Shown here: positions 26,678 through 38,853 of the stretch, piece after piece
Numbering within the stretch: position 1 is the first letter of the stretch
Layout: every line of letters starts with the position of its first letter
Source of the DNA: Geosiphon pyriformis uo1
Lineage: Eukaryota; Fungi; Glomeromycota
Assembly (NCBI GenBank): GCA_016748015.1
Contig: JAAOMT010000503.1
Location: 397,669-461,668, forward strand
Reading direction: 5' to 3'
Length of the DNA stretch: 64,000 bases
The notes under the pieces: generated by a model
The model's database searches: none
What the model was told of the DNA's origin: nothing
The model's input: only the letters and a program-made list of their open reading frames with translations
Made by a program: the position numbers and the translations under genes

Positions 26678-27351
26678 TGTTACAGATAATTATTTGGGGT
26701 CTCAAGTCAAATAACAAATCTGTAACTTGGTGCTTAGTTTGTACTCGGGTGTTAATATTTGAAGGTTTTGTTGTGGAGTTCTTTGTATAATAGACAAAAA
26801 TGCTATTCTTAAATTTTTAATTCTTATATCCTTCCTTTGGAGTCTTTTACCAGACTATCCTTGATGTTAATAACTTAGTGCTTAACTTTTTAATCAATTA
26901 GTAAAACAAAGAAATAAAAACATAAAAGAAATAAAAGAAAATAAAGAAATAAACAAAAACAATTACAAGTTAGTATCCTGTTAATAGCCATAATCAAGAG
27001 CTATTGTTCCAGTGTGGTTAAGTATTAATTACTATCAACATGAAATGTTGATAATGGAGAGTAGATTTAGATGGTAAATAGTTATTTATTTGATATTTGT
27101 AAATGGAAGGTTGCTTAGATCAAATCTAAACTGAGAGGTCTGTCTTTTCTACTTTTAATGCTATCATTATATATACATAATTAATATTCTATGAGATCAC
27201 TCACATTTCTGAGTGATGTGCTATGATTTCTTGAGCAATGTGCCATAATTTCTGATATTGCTCCACATTGCTGAGCAATGTGTTCATGTGCTAAATACTA
27301 TTCTCTCATTGGTCTGCTATTTTCTATATCTGTTTCTTTTTATAAGTAACA
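26678..27351 (-). repeat. Gypsy B 5' LTR (674 bp, internally deleted relative to the 3' LTR)
   Basis: TGTTAC...GTAACA; lacks the segment between the GACAGAGAT direct repeats and has fewer 40-bp units. Confidence 0.94.
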
Positions 27352-27934
27352 ATATAAATAATTATTTAAAACTAATAAATATTAATATTTAACAGTTTAT
27401 AATACTAAATATAATTATAAATTATTTAATAATATTGTTAAACATTTTATTATTCAATAACTTAAATCTAAACAAAAAATATTAATTTTATAAATATTAA
27501 GTATAAATATTATATTAAAGATAATTTTAACAATATTATAATAAAAAAATCTTAAATAATATATAATTTTAAAAATTATTTATAATAAACAGATATATTT
27601 TCAAGAAATAAAACTTGTTAATTATTTATTTATATTAATATTATTAAAAATACTTAAAAAAACCAATTATTAATATAATTGTATTTGTAATATTGCCAAT
27701 AAAATTATATATTTGTTTTATATATATTTTAAATATATTGCTTTTACTTAAAAATATTTATATATTATTTTAATAAATTATAGATATAAAACAAATCAAT
27801 TTTAAATGTTTATATTTTATATTATTAATATAAATAGCTTTAATATATTTTTTATAATTGTTGTTGTTTTATTTATAAAAAAATATAAGCATATTATTAA
27901 TAAGTTTTAGAGTAAATTATAAAGTTTTATATAT

Positions 27935-27953
27935 TATTACCAGTGAAATTTTA
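27935..27953 (+). repeat. First ~19 bp of an old A/C-family solo LTR split by LINE copy 2
   Basis: TATTACCAGTGAAATTTTA resembles the LTR start TGTTACCAGTAGAATTTTA; the rest resumes at 55507; outer TSD ATAT/ACAT. Confidence 0.75.
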
Positions 27954-28089
27954 AAAAAAATACCAAAAAAACTTTATCTTTCATTGATCCTCTGACCACA
28001 ATAAAAGCTTGGAGTTGTTGAAAAGATAGCCTTTCTTACCCTTTTTTCTCTTTGTCCTTTTTGTTATTTCTTTAAACATACCTCTATTT

Positions 28090-30018
28090 GTGCTTATAGA
28101 TCCAGTGGGCTCTTCTGCTGGTGTTTTGGGTTTGAGTTCAGCTGGGTTGGGATCCCAGTCTGACAGTAAAAAGATTAAAGTGCATGTTGAGAGTGTATAC
28201 TCACATGGCCCTTTATACAAGAAAATGAAGTTATCTGGTGTCTCTAGTGGTGTTGTGGACTTGTCGGCTGGCCCGCTTTCAGTGGGTATGTTGCATAGTA
28301 ATGGTGTTAGACTGCAGAGATTTTGAGGTAGCGAGGTGGATAGTGAAGAGGCAGGTGTTAGTGAAGTGTTAGATGTCAAGGATTTAGAAAACACAGTTGC
28401 TGAGGAGATGAGTTATGTGGATCCCAATGCTTCTAAGACTGATAATATGAAAGACAATGCAACTCCTAGGAAAACGTGTATGAGGACTTTCATTTTGGAA
28501 CAGCCGCCCAAGGTGATTTCTTTCACAAGCATAAGTGACAACAATTCTGAGGTGGTGCTTTCTGGAGCTAAATTTGCTGGTTCCAATTGGCTGCCACCTG
28601 CAATTTCACGTGTTTTGGTACATTGCATTTTTGGACCAGTTAAATTGTTCGCCTTGGATATAGAGTTGTCAAAAGTACTTGGAAAGACTAATAGTGATAA
28701 GTTGATTTCAATTAAAAATTTTTTTTATTATATTGATGGCTTTAGGGGGGCTTTGACTTCTTCAAAATTTCCTGGGATTATAAGATCAACATTCACAAGT
28801 GAATCTAGTTTGAATAAGGCCAAATTAATGGCAGTCAATGAAAATATTATTGTCAACAGTGATCTTAAGAAGATAAACATTTATTTGGATTGGAAAGTGA
28901 TTATCAAGGAAATTTCTGTTGATCTCCCAAAATCAGCAATTGAGGCAGTGTTTTCTAAGTTTGGTGTGATTAATTCAATCAAGATACAGTTGATCGGTTT
29001 GTGGCAAAAAGCTGTCATTGAATTTGAATCAGCTGAGGTTGCTTGTTTGATTGTTTCTAAATGGTCTGTTCTTGTGGAAAAAGATTCTGTGCAAGTAGCT
29101 TTGACTGTTGGTGACAAACAGATGTGGGTGTTAAAGGACTATCATCAGGTTTTGCTCTATATTCTTCTGATTGGTATGACTGCTCATGATTTAACGGACT
29201 TGTTAGAGTCTTATGGTGGAAAAATGTGTTTCATTGGCCATAATTCTAGCTCGTATGCACATGATAGATGTGCTATTATTTGTTTTAAGAATGAGGCTTC
29301 CAAATTGGCTGTTTTTGGTTTGGTTCTGGTTTTTAAGAAAGTGAGTTTGCGCTGGGCTGGTCTTTCTCTGGCTCACTGCACTGCATGCAAACAGTATGAT
29401 CATACTAGTGAAGAGTGTCCAATAGGTGGGAATTCTGGTAGCCATGGGAAAAAGGTGATGACCAATCTGGATCGTGTTTGTTTGGCCAGAATTTATAAGA
29501 AAAAGCAAGCACCTGTCACTTGTTCAGTCTCTTTTGGTGGCAGAACTTGGGTATTAGTAGTTGATGCTCCTCCAGTGAGTAGTTTTCATGATGCTGGTTT
29601 GATTCTTGGTTCCAACAAAGCTGGTAAATCTCTCTCTCCTATTGTGAATGATTTGGAAAAGCATTTGGTAAATATTGAAAGCAGTCTCATCAGCCTTGCA
29701 GGACAAATTGGTGAGTTGGCTAAGAGATTGGATTCACTCATGCCAGCAGTTCCCCAGCCTAGCCCTGGATGTCAGCTGCCAGTGACCCCCCCATTACAGA
29801 ATCAAGGGAAGGATATAGTAATAGGAGTGGGTTCAAGTGAAGCCACAAATGATGAGGCTGTGAATACTATTACAGTAGAAGACTCATCTGTATCCCCCCA
29901 TGTTACCAAGTTAAAGAATATGTTAGAAGGCCTTGCTGCTTTGGTGCTGAGTTTGTCTGCTTATTTTGACAGTTTGGTTCTGGCTGGTGGTGTGTTTCTA
30001 CAACCTCCTTCCCAATAA
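28090..30018 (+). pseudogene. LINE copy 2 ORF1 (RRM-like, CCHC knuckle, coiled coil)
   Basis: IEAVFSKFGVINSIKIQLIGLWQKAVIEF (RRM-like), CTACKQYDHTSEEC, heptad-like LEKHLVNIESSLISLAGQIGELAKRL; one internal TGA at 28324-28326; start position uncertain. Confidence 0.88.
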
Positions 30019-30634
30019 GTAATCTTATTTGGAGAATTGTTACTTGTAACATTAGAGATATAAATGTTCTTGTTAAACAAGACAACATTATTTGATGGCA
30101 TAGAGATATAAACAATTTGGTTTCGATCTTCACAGAGACTAAGTTAAAGGATAAGGCTTGCCCATGGTTGGCTTCCAAATTTGATGGTGTTCCTGTTTTC
30201 TCTTCTGGTTTGAACTCTGGCTATGTGGGCATTGGTGTGGCAATTGTTATGAACAACTCTTTGGCCAAACATGTGTGTAATGTTTCTAAGGTTTCGAGTC
30301 ATCTTCTTTTCATCAGATTACTTTTCAAGAATAAACTTTTGGTTTTGATTTTGGGGCTCTATGCTGGTGTCTCTCTGACTGTTTGGTTTTCTCAGACAGC
30401 TGAGATCAATTCTCTAATCATAAAAACTGTAAATAAATCTTTTTTTGTTATCCTTGGTGGTGATTTTAATGAGGATAGTTCACATAAGTGTGCTAGTTTC
30501 AGGAAATGCCATGATTTGGGGTTAATCAATTCTTTGGGTGTGGGCCCTTTGGCTAAGCAACTGACATGGAACAATTCTCGGGGCATTGTAAAGATAATTG
30601 ATTATGTGTTTGTTTCTTCAAATTTGGCTAACGC
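30015..30634 (+). pseudogene. LINE copy 2 ORF2, APE endonuclease part
   Basis: IVTCNIR, IFTETKL, GVAIV, ILGGDFN, TWNNS..IDYVFVS motifs. Confidence 0.9.
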
Positions 30635-31508
30635 TGTTACAGGATGGTTTTTTTGTTATATTTAATTGCTGATATCCTGTTTTAATTGCAATCAGTCTTT
30701 TGTGAGTTCCTCAATTCTATTTGTGTGATAATGTCACTATTATACTGAAAGCTTTCTTTTTAATGTTGTGATATAAGTTATTCTTCGATTCCTGATTGTT
30801 GTGTGTGTTTATGTACTTCTTTTCAGAGGCTAAACTGAAATCTACCCACTGTCTGGGGTCTTCTCTAAGGCTATTTTTGCAATTGCCTAATGTGTTTCTC
30901 TAATCTAAAAACACAGAATGTTAATAGTCTTTAGCATTTTTTCTAATTCTTACAATAAAGCTTTTATCAATTAGTAACAATGTGAATAATCTTGATCAAA
31001 AATTATTCTTTCAAGAGATTCAGCTGATGAATAATAGTTTTATTCAATAAATAATACAAGTAAGTTTCTTAATACTTTGAGTTGTGATAATTCAGTTTTA
31101 AATATTCTTTTTCATTTCTTTTTGATTTAAAGGTTTCTTGGGATATTTAATTTGAAAGTACGATTTAAAGTGGAGTTTGTTGGATAAAATTGGATCTATT
31201 GCTTGATAAGTTATGATTTTTATTACTTGATTGTCTTTTCCCAATATTAAAGCTACTGTATATATACATGTTTGTAGTTCTACGAGAAAACACATTGTAA
31301 TACTTTCTTTTTGATATTTCAATCTGGTGTTTGCTGCTATTACCAGTTGGTGTTGGCTGCTATTGTGAATTGGTGCTTGCCATTATCACAAAATGGTGTT
31401 TGCTACTATGTTAATTATTACCTTTCTAAAATTATTACTGCACTATATTATGATTGAATAGTTTGTATTATTTTTATGATTTTTTTGCTAAATTCTTAAA
31501 CCATAACA
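30635..31508 (-). repeat. Gypsy D 3' LTR
   Basis: TGTTAC...ATAACA; direct repeat of 49450-50323. Confidence 0.96.
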
Positions 31509-31521
31509 TTATTCCCTCCTT

Positions 31522-32120
31522 TCAAGATTGAGCTCTGTCGAAATCGAAGTTAATTTCTTCATTAAATTCTAAGTTACTATAATGATTCAATACTGTGTTA
31601 TTAATTTGTTGTTGTAATTCTTAAAATTGCGAGTTGGTAAGTCGTCCAATACTGTTGGTTGTTATTATGTTCATGGTTGGGTCCAACAATAGTTTGTGAC
31701 AGTTTTCAAATGCTTTGAAAATTCTGTAAACTGTTTTTGAATGGAATATAGTGTTGGTTTTTTCAATAAAAGATTCTAATAGTTGGATAGTTGTTTTGTC
31801 AAACACTCTAGTTGAGTCTTTTGAGTATAATGTTTGTATGTTCAAGTGCTTTCCTAGTTAATAATAACAGTAATTAATTGGAAATTTCATTTTCAAGTTG
31901 CTAAATGTGTCTGGTGTTAATTCACTTATTTCTATTTCTTCCATTATTAATGTATTGCCCAATGTTATCTCTAATTTTTCAATAACTTTACTGATAAATT
32001 TGTTGTTATATTTGGTAATATTATATGATTCAAAATTATGTTCTTTTTTTGTTTTTGGATTTTCTATTGTTTTTTTTATGTATGTTATTTTGGAGCTATT
32101 AACTGTGATTTTCAGATCGG
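31522..32120 (-). pseudogene. Gypsy D ORF3, C-terminal part (N-terminal part at 42090-42163)
   Basis: Removing C rejoins MILIPENINNITQQLIESLQQLKS|DLKITVNSSKITYIKK, homologous to C ORF3 MIIPQNIQKIFQKLMLALKTLSDLFITINGSQIKYIQK. Confidence 0.85.
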
Positions 32121-33113
32121 TGTTACCAGTAGAATTTTAGCTATTAATTAGCATGAAATTACCCTTATAATTTCTATAATTCATTAGTATATTAATATCA
32201 TTTCAAATTATCATTTATTATTTAATCAATTATTACATATCACGATTCAATTAAAATAATTTAATTAGTATAACAAAAAGTAAGATGATCAAATTACACA
32301 ATACCCTGAACTTTGTAACATTCAAAAATTCGCCGAAATTTACAGAAATTTGCTGAAATTTATAAGAAATTTGCCAAAATTATGAATAGTTCACCCAAAT
32401 TAATTAATAGTTCAGCAAAATAACTTGTAGTTCATCAAAATGTATCTTTAGTTTGCTGGAATTTGGGCAAAAAAGAAAAAGTGCAAGTTCATAAACTAGT
32501 ACTACAACAAGTTGTATAAAAGAAAAGCTTTTCTCTTTTGGAAAATGTATCTTATTTTAGATTTATCTCTTAAAACCGTTCCTATATACACAAAAAGAAA
32601 TAAATATCAAATAATTCGAAAAAACCAAATTCTTTAATTATTGTACTTGGAAAATCCCCAAAACCCAACTAACATTTCGAAATTGATTAGCTACCAATTT
32701 CAGTAAACTGTTAGTGACTCCAGGTCTGGATAGAAAATATTTCTCTTGACAAAATTCTATTTCTTTTACATTTCTTTTATTTTCCTTTTCTTTTCTTATT
32801 ACAATTATTAGGGTAGCCTACAAACAAGATTCCTGTAGAAGAGTTGACTTTCACAGCAAAGTAACTATACATTTTAGTGAGCTTCCAGATGAGCAATTTC
32901 TGGGAAAGAGTTGACGTTTACTACAACGTAACTACATAAAGTAACTGGCAAAGAATTGGCCATTCCACTTATAAGCCCAGCAGTTCAAATTATAGGAGAT
33001 AATTTGAAGATAAATTTAGTTATTGGAGGTTCAACTACTTCCTGAAAATGTGAATTCACAGCAAATCAACATTACCAACATTTAAGAAAAGAGACCAAAA
33101 ATCTCCAGTAACA
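32121..33113 (+). repeat. Gypsy C 5' LTR (993 bp)
   Basis: TGTTAC...GTAACA; near-identical to 41071-42089. Confidence 0.97.
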
Positions 33114-33115
33114 TT

Positions 33116-33131
33116 TGGTGCTCTCCCACGG
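33116..33131 (+). promoter_or_regulatory. Gypsy C primer-binding site TGGTGCTCTCCCACGG
   Basis: TGG 2 nt after the LTR; shares TGGTGCTCTC with family B. Confidence 0.85.
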
Positions 33132-33158
33132 AAATAACACAGCAACAACAAATTCAAA

Positions 33159-36100
33159 GTGGCGACCACACCAGACACAGCAACTCTAGAGTATTACCAG
33201 TCAATTTACACCCACTGCAAGCAAAGATTCAACATTTCAGACGGAATTGAAATTGTAAAGAAATCAGTATACCAATACATTGAAAACCGCATCAACAATT
33301 ATCTTTTTGGAAACTACAACATTTCAGAAGTTAGAAGCAACCTCTACAATAATTTAGTGCATTATTCACATTTGGGAACAGAAGACCTGAACAGTGAAAC
33401 ACTTGCTACCTACTTCCAAGAACTTAATTTTAATATTATTAAGCATTGTGAAGAAAAATACCCAGTACAGTCTAAATACTCTTTTGACTTTGAATCAGAG
33501 ACAGAAACAAGCAATAAAGGCAAACAAAGATTAAAGCAATACTCAAAAACCACTCCAAACACTCCAACACTACAAAAGACAACTGCCAAACACTTGCAAA
33601 CACCTGAACAAGGAACCAGTGTCAAATTACCACTTTCTATTACACTATTTCCAATTTCACTTGTTCAACCACAAACACCAAGTTTACCACTTAGCCATTT
33701 TTCCAGACTAGAAGATTTTCAGTCACCTAGAAATTCTACTCAACAGCAGGAACCAATATTAACAAGTGCCAATATCATTGATTACTTACAGGAAAACGAA
33801 AGTAATCACTCAGAAAGCTTGGAAAGTAAAGAAACTGAATCAGAACCAGAAGAAATTCCAGAAAACGAAGAAGAAATGGCAACTGCTTACATTGCAAAAA
33901 TCCCAAAATTTACTGGTAAAGACAATGATACCAGTCCCCAAAAATGGCTTGACAAAGTTCAAAAAGCAGGAGATGCAAATGGTTGGGTTGCAGCAAGAAT
34001 GCTCAAAGCAATTCCCTACTTTCTCCAAGGAACAGCAGGAGAATGGTTTAAAAATTTAGAAGAACCATTTGAAAACTGGCAAGCATTCAAAGATGCTTTT
34101 CTACAACAATTCATCGACAACAATACCTCTATCACTCTCAGAAACCATTTTCACAATATCAAACAAGAAACATCTGAATCTGTTATAATCTATTTTGAAA
34201 GATTTAACAAACTTCTCAGATGAATCTGACAATTGGAAACCAATGACTACTATTCTGATGCTCAAATTCTGGATCAGTTTATAGCAGGGTTAAAAGACAA
34301 ACTGATTAAAAAAGTCCATCCACATGCTCCAGCAAACTTAGCAACTGCTATTAGACATGCAAAGAGCTATGAAATGGCAATGGAAGAAGCAAATCACACC
34401 AAGCTTGTAAACCTTGCAATTAGAGAAACCAGCTCAGCAACTAAAAAGAAGATAGACCAACTCACAAAAAAAGTTGAAAGCTACTTCACAAACCAATAAC
34501 AACAACAACAACAACCACAAAGATATCAACTCCCACAATGATGCAACCAAAACAATTTTGGATCATTATCCAACAACCAATCTCAAAATTGTTATTATTG
34601 TGGAATTCCAGGGCATTGGAAACGAGATTGTAGGAAATTACAAAGAGACCAACAAAACAGGAGTAATCAACATTACTCTTCACCACAACAATCTTATTAC
34701 CAATCTCCACTACCAACTTATTATTCACCAAGACCACAAAATCAAAACAGTTACTATTCACCAGCTCCACAATTAATGCAGCAACAATATCAGCAATCTT
34801 TACCAATTCAGCCATATCAGACACCACCCATTCAACAATATCAAGTACCAGCAAGAAGATTGGTTCAACATAACCAATCCACACCCCAAAATCAATTGCA
34901 AAATAACCACAACAGAATCAATCCAAATAACCAGTTGGTTCCCCGAAATTCAGGCCAGCAAAGACCCAATTACTATCACACTCAACCCAGTTATCTTACA
35001 ATACCAGAAGAATCGGATTTTTAACAAACTGCACTTTCTGAAGGTAAAATTGCAGCACCAAGATCAAACTCTTCCAACCACACTATTTGCCCAGCTCAAA
35101 TTGCCCAAAATGCTAATCTGTTAGATATATTTCCATTTGAATTTAAGGCAAATAAATCACCATTTTTGCTTAGTAATGCAGCAGTCAATGAACAGAAAGC
35201 AATTACTGCCATGTACACAGAAGCTACAGTGGAAGGAAAACCCATTCCCTTAATCTTAGATAGTAGATCAGCTGGAAGTATCATCACTTACCAGCTGATG
35301 TAACAACTCAAACAAAACATAGACAGACCAGCTCAAACAGTTATTGTTACAGCTGATGGTATGAAGAAGACTCCAGTAGGAGAAATTGATGATTTCTCTT
35401 TTTCAATTGATGGAATCACCATTCCAGTTAAAGTTCTTGTTATGGATGCACCCCAATACCAAACTCTAGTCAGAAATGATTGGCTTCTCAAAGCCAATGC
35501 AAACCTGAACTGGGAAACTTAAGAACTTAAAATCTCATACCAAAGACAATATACCATAGTACCTGCAACCTATGGTACCTTTAACAAACAATCAGAAAAA
35601 GCTCCAGTATTTGAATTTGAAGAGGAGAAAAAAATGCCACTTACTGAAACCTACATGGCTCTTGAATCAACATCCAATTGGGCTGAAGAAACCAAACAAG
35701 AGATTTTCGAAGAATCAAGGGGATGGAAAAAAGTTAGATATTCTACACCAGAACCACAGAAACAACCACTCTATATTCTACTCAAATGCAAAGATTGCAA
35801 CAAAAAACTTTCATCAATGGAAGCATGTATTTTTCCAGAAAAGGAATATAAAACTCATATCTGTTATTTTTGCAAAGCATACCATAGAGAACGATTTGGA
35901 TCTCCAAAAAGAAGTGGAAAATGGGACAACACACCTTGCCTTACATGTGAAGAAATACTACCAGAAGAATGCAATTGGATTGATGTAGCAATGAAAGAAG
36001 GAGTATGTGATCAAACCTGTCAATATGCTCTATCAATTTTGGAAAAAGTCAGAAGAGGGACACCATTTAATGCAGCATACAACAGTGCTCTTAATAAACT

Positions 36101-38796
36101 TTACCACTACCCTCATGATGCTGAAATGATTTTTGACTTAGCAATGGCATTAATCAATGGAGCCACTCAAGAAGATATTCGCCAAATGAAAGAAGCTGAA
36201 TATATTGAGTACACCATGGAATTAGCTGGATTTGATTATGAAGATGAAGTAGAAACCTACTACCAAATTGCAAGCCACACATATCTGACCAAAGAAGCTC
36301 AAATTCAACGATTAGAGCAAATGAACATTCAATTGTGTGAAGAATGTATTATGCCTTGTGATGACCAATAGTGTTTAGAATGTTATGTTCTTAGCATTCC
36401 TCTGCCAGATGAGAATGATGAAAATAAAATCGAATTTGGAGTATCTGAACAAGTAGAAGAACTACTAACCACTCCCATCTATCTTCTTGAAAAGCAACTA
36501 CCTCTACAACTTAAATATTTTGACAACCATGGCCAAAGAATCAGACCAGAAAAAGCACATGAAATTGATGCTGGATATGACCTAAGATACCCAGGAAAAG
36601 ATACTTTAATTCTTCAACCAAAGTCTTTGACAAAAATCAATCTAAAAATTGCTCTTGAAATTCCACCAGGAGCAATGGTTCAAATTGCCTCCAGATTATC
36701 ATTGGCAAGCAAAGGAATCAATATTAGAGGAGAAGTTATAGATGCAGAATACACTGGAGACATTACCATCATGTTACAGAATGAAACAGACAAACCATTC
36801 AAAATTGAACATGCTAAAAAAATTGCTCAAGCAATTTACTTACCCTTAATCAACATTTCGGGTTTACAATCAGTAAACAACAGAGAACAATTGGGAAAAA
36901 GTGAAAGAGGAACTCAAGGTTTTGGTTTAACTGGACGATTTACAGTTCCAGTAAACATAGTTCTTAATACACAAAATGAATTTCACCAGATTCTTCAACT
37001 TCCTCAGCCAATTACCATTTCACCTTTTGGAGAACATCACGAAATTTACACTTGCTCAAAACTCACCACTACACAACAAATCTTTGAATCCAATGAACAA
37101 ATCTGTTTGAAGCATGAAATATCAATTCCAAACGTTTATATTCCCAAAGGAATGAAAAAATTTCGAGTTACATTCTACAACCCCAATAATTACCCTATTG
37201 TTTTATTAAACAAATTAGAAATTGGAATCATACACAGCAATATCTTTCAAGATGAAAACCCTCAAATTGTCTCTAATTTTATCGAAATTATAAAGCACAC
37301 TCTATTCCCAAATCCAAATATCATTCCCACTACTGAAAACTACTACTTGTTGGAAGAAAAACTCTCTTGAATCAATATGAGTCTCTTAGAACCTCAACAA
37401 CAAAGACAATTGAAACAATTGATAGCTGAATTTGCAGATATATTTGCAAAAGACAACAATGACTTGGGAAAAACAGACATTGTTCAACATCAGATCCATA
37501 CAGGAGATGCTCTACCAAAACGTCAACAAGCTTATCGAGTGCCACCTGCCAGCCACCAATTTATCAGAGAAGAGGTCCAAAGAATGCTTAATAACGGATT
37601 GATACAACCATTAAGAAGTCTTTGGGCCTCACCAGTAGTTTTGGTTAAAAAGAAAAACGGAAAAATTAGATTCTGTGTTGATTATAGACAACTGAATAGT
37701 GTTACAATTGGAGATGCCTACCCTCTTCCAAGAATTGATGACATGCTAGATGCTCTGGGAAAAGCTAAGTTCTTTTCAACTTTAGACCTGGAAAGTGGAT
37801 ACTGGCAAGTCGAAATAGACCCAAAAGATAGACCCAAAAGATAGACCCAAAACAGCATTCACCACTCAAGGAGGAAATTATGAGTTTAATGTTATGCCTT
37901 TTGAACTCTGCAATGCACCAGCAACATTTCAGCGACTCATGGATGTTGTCTATGAAGGGCTCTTGTGGCAATCAGTAGTTGTTTATCTTGATGATACTGA
38001 TGTATACTCACCAAGCTTTGAAGCCCATCTCATTCACTTGCAAGAAGTTTTTCAACAATTACAGAAAGCAGGATTAAAGTTAAATATTGAGAAATGTCAC
38101 TTTGGAAAAACAAGTTTGATCTTTCTTGGACACATAGTTAGTAAAGATAGAATCAAACCAAATCCAGGAACAATCAATGCTGTCAAAAACTTTCAAACCC
38201 CCAGAAATACTACAGAACTAAAAGGATTTGTGGGATTAGCCTCTTACTATCGAAAATTCATAAAAAAATTCTCAGAAATTGCCAAACCACTCAATTATCT
38301 TATCAACAAAAATGTACCATACAAATGGACTGAAGAACAACAAAAAGCTTTTGAAATTCTCAAAACAAAATTGACAACAGCCCCAGTTCTTGCTTACCCA
38401 GACTTCAACAAACAATTCCAATTAGCAATTGATGCCTCACATATAGCATTTGGTGCCATCTTATTACAATTGAATGAAAATGGCCAAGAACAAGTTATTG
38501 CCTATGCCAGCAGAACACTCAAGCCAACAGAACTCAAATATGGCTCAACTGAATTAGAAGCTGCTGCAGTTATCTGGGCTCTTAAACATTTTTAACAATA
38601 TCTGAAAAATGGAAAAGAATTTGACATAATAACAGACAACATTGGCCTCAAATGGCTCAATAAAAAGAAAACTGAACAAAGTGCCAAACAGTCTCAATGA
38701 AATGACTTCCTAGCAGACTACAGATATATTGTACACCACAAACCAGAAAAACTACATATCAATGTTGATAGCCTCTCAAGAATAAGACAAGATTAG
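33159..38796 (+). pseudogene. Gypsy C single-frame gag-PR-Cys-rich-dUTPase-RT-RNase H polyprotein (~1870 codons)
   Basis: Fragments starting at 33159, 34233, 34776, 35634, 36627 and 37377 share one frame; the only net shift is a 13-bp duplication in 37815-37853. CYYCGIPGHWKRDC at 34590; LILDS; VYLDD; ends DSLSRIRQD*. Confidence 0.94.
36500..36935 (+). pseudogene. dut: dUTPase domain in Gypsy C polyprotein
   Basis: DAGYDLRY, ASRLSLA, GEVIDAEYTG, KIAQAI, RGTQGFGLTG. Confidence 0.94.
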
Positions 38797-38853
38797 TACC
38801 AACAACAATTTCACCACAACTTACCAACTTACCAACAAAATAACCAAACAAGA

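Larger units (their letters stand above)
17382..27351 (-). mobile_element. Ty3/Gypsy LTR retrotransposon B, full length, decayed (second family)
   Basis: LTRs 17382-18257 and 26678-27351; TSD ATAT (17378-17381 and 27352-27355); PBS TGGTGCTCTCTGTGAGG; PPT AAAAAGAAGGAGATAA; same domain order as A. Confidence 0.96.

Noticed and set aside
31024-31050. CTGATGA plus a hairpin in the D LTR as a hammerhead ribozyme
   Set aside because: No GAAA follows stem II, no stems I/III are evident, and it is antisense to the element.
31098-31322. Small ORF repeated at 49913-50158
   Set aside because: Repeated only because it lies in both D LTRs; no true ATG start and no recognisable motif.
32941-33030. TAAC...TAAGCCC in the A/C LTR as a twister ribozyme
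   Set aside because: The pseudoknot partner (GAG/GG) and the P1/P2 pairing could not be built.
37815-37853. Programmed frameshift within RT of element C
   Set aside because: It is a private 13-bp slippage duplication (ATAGACCCAAAAG), absent from copy A.
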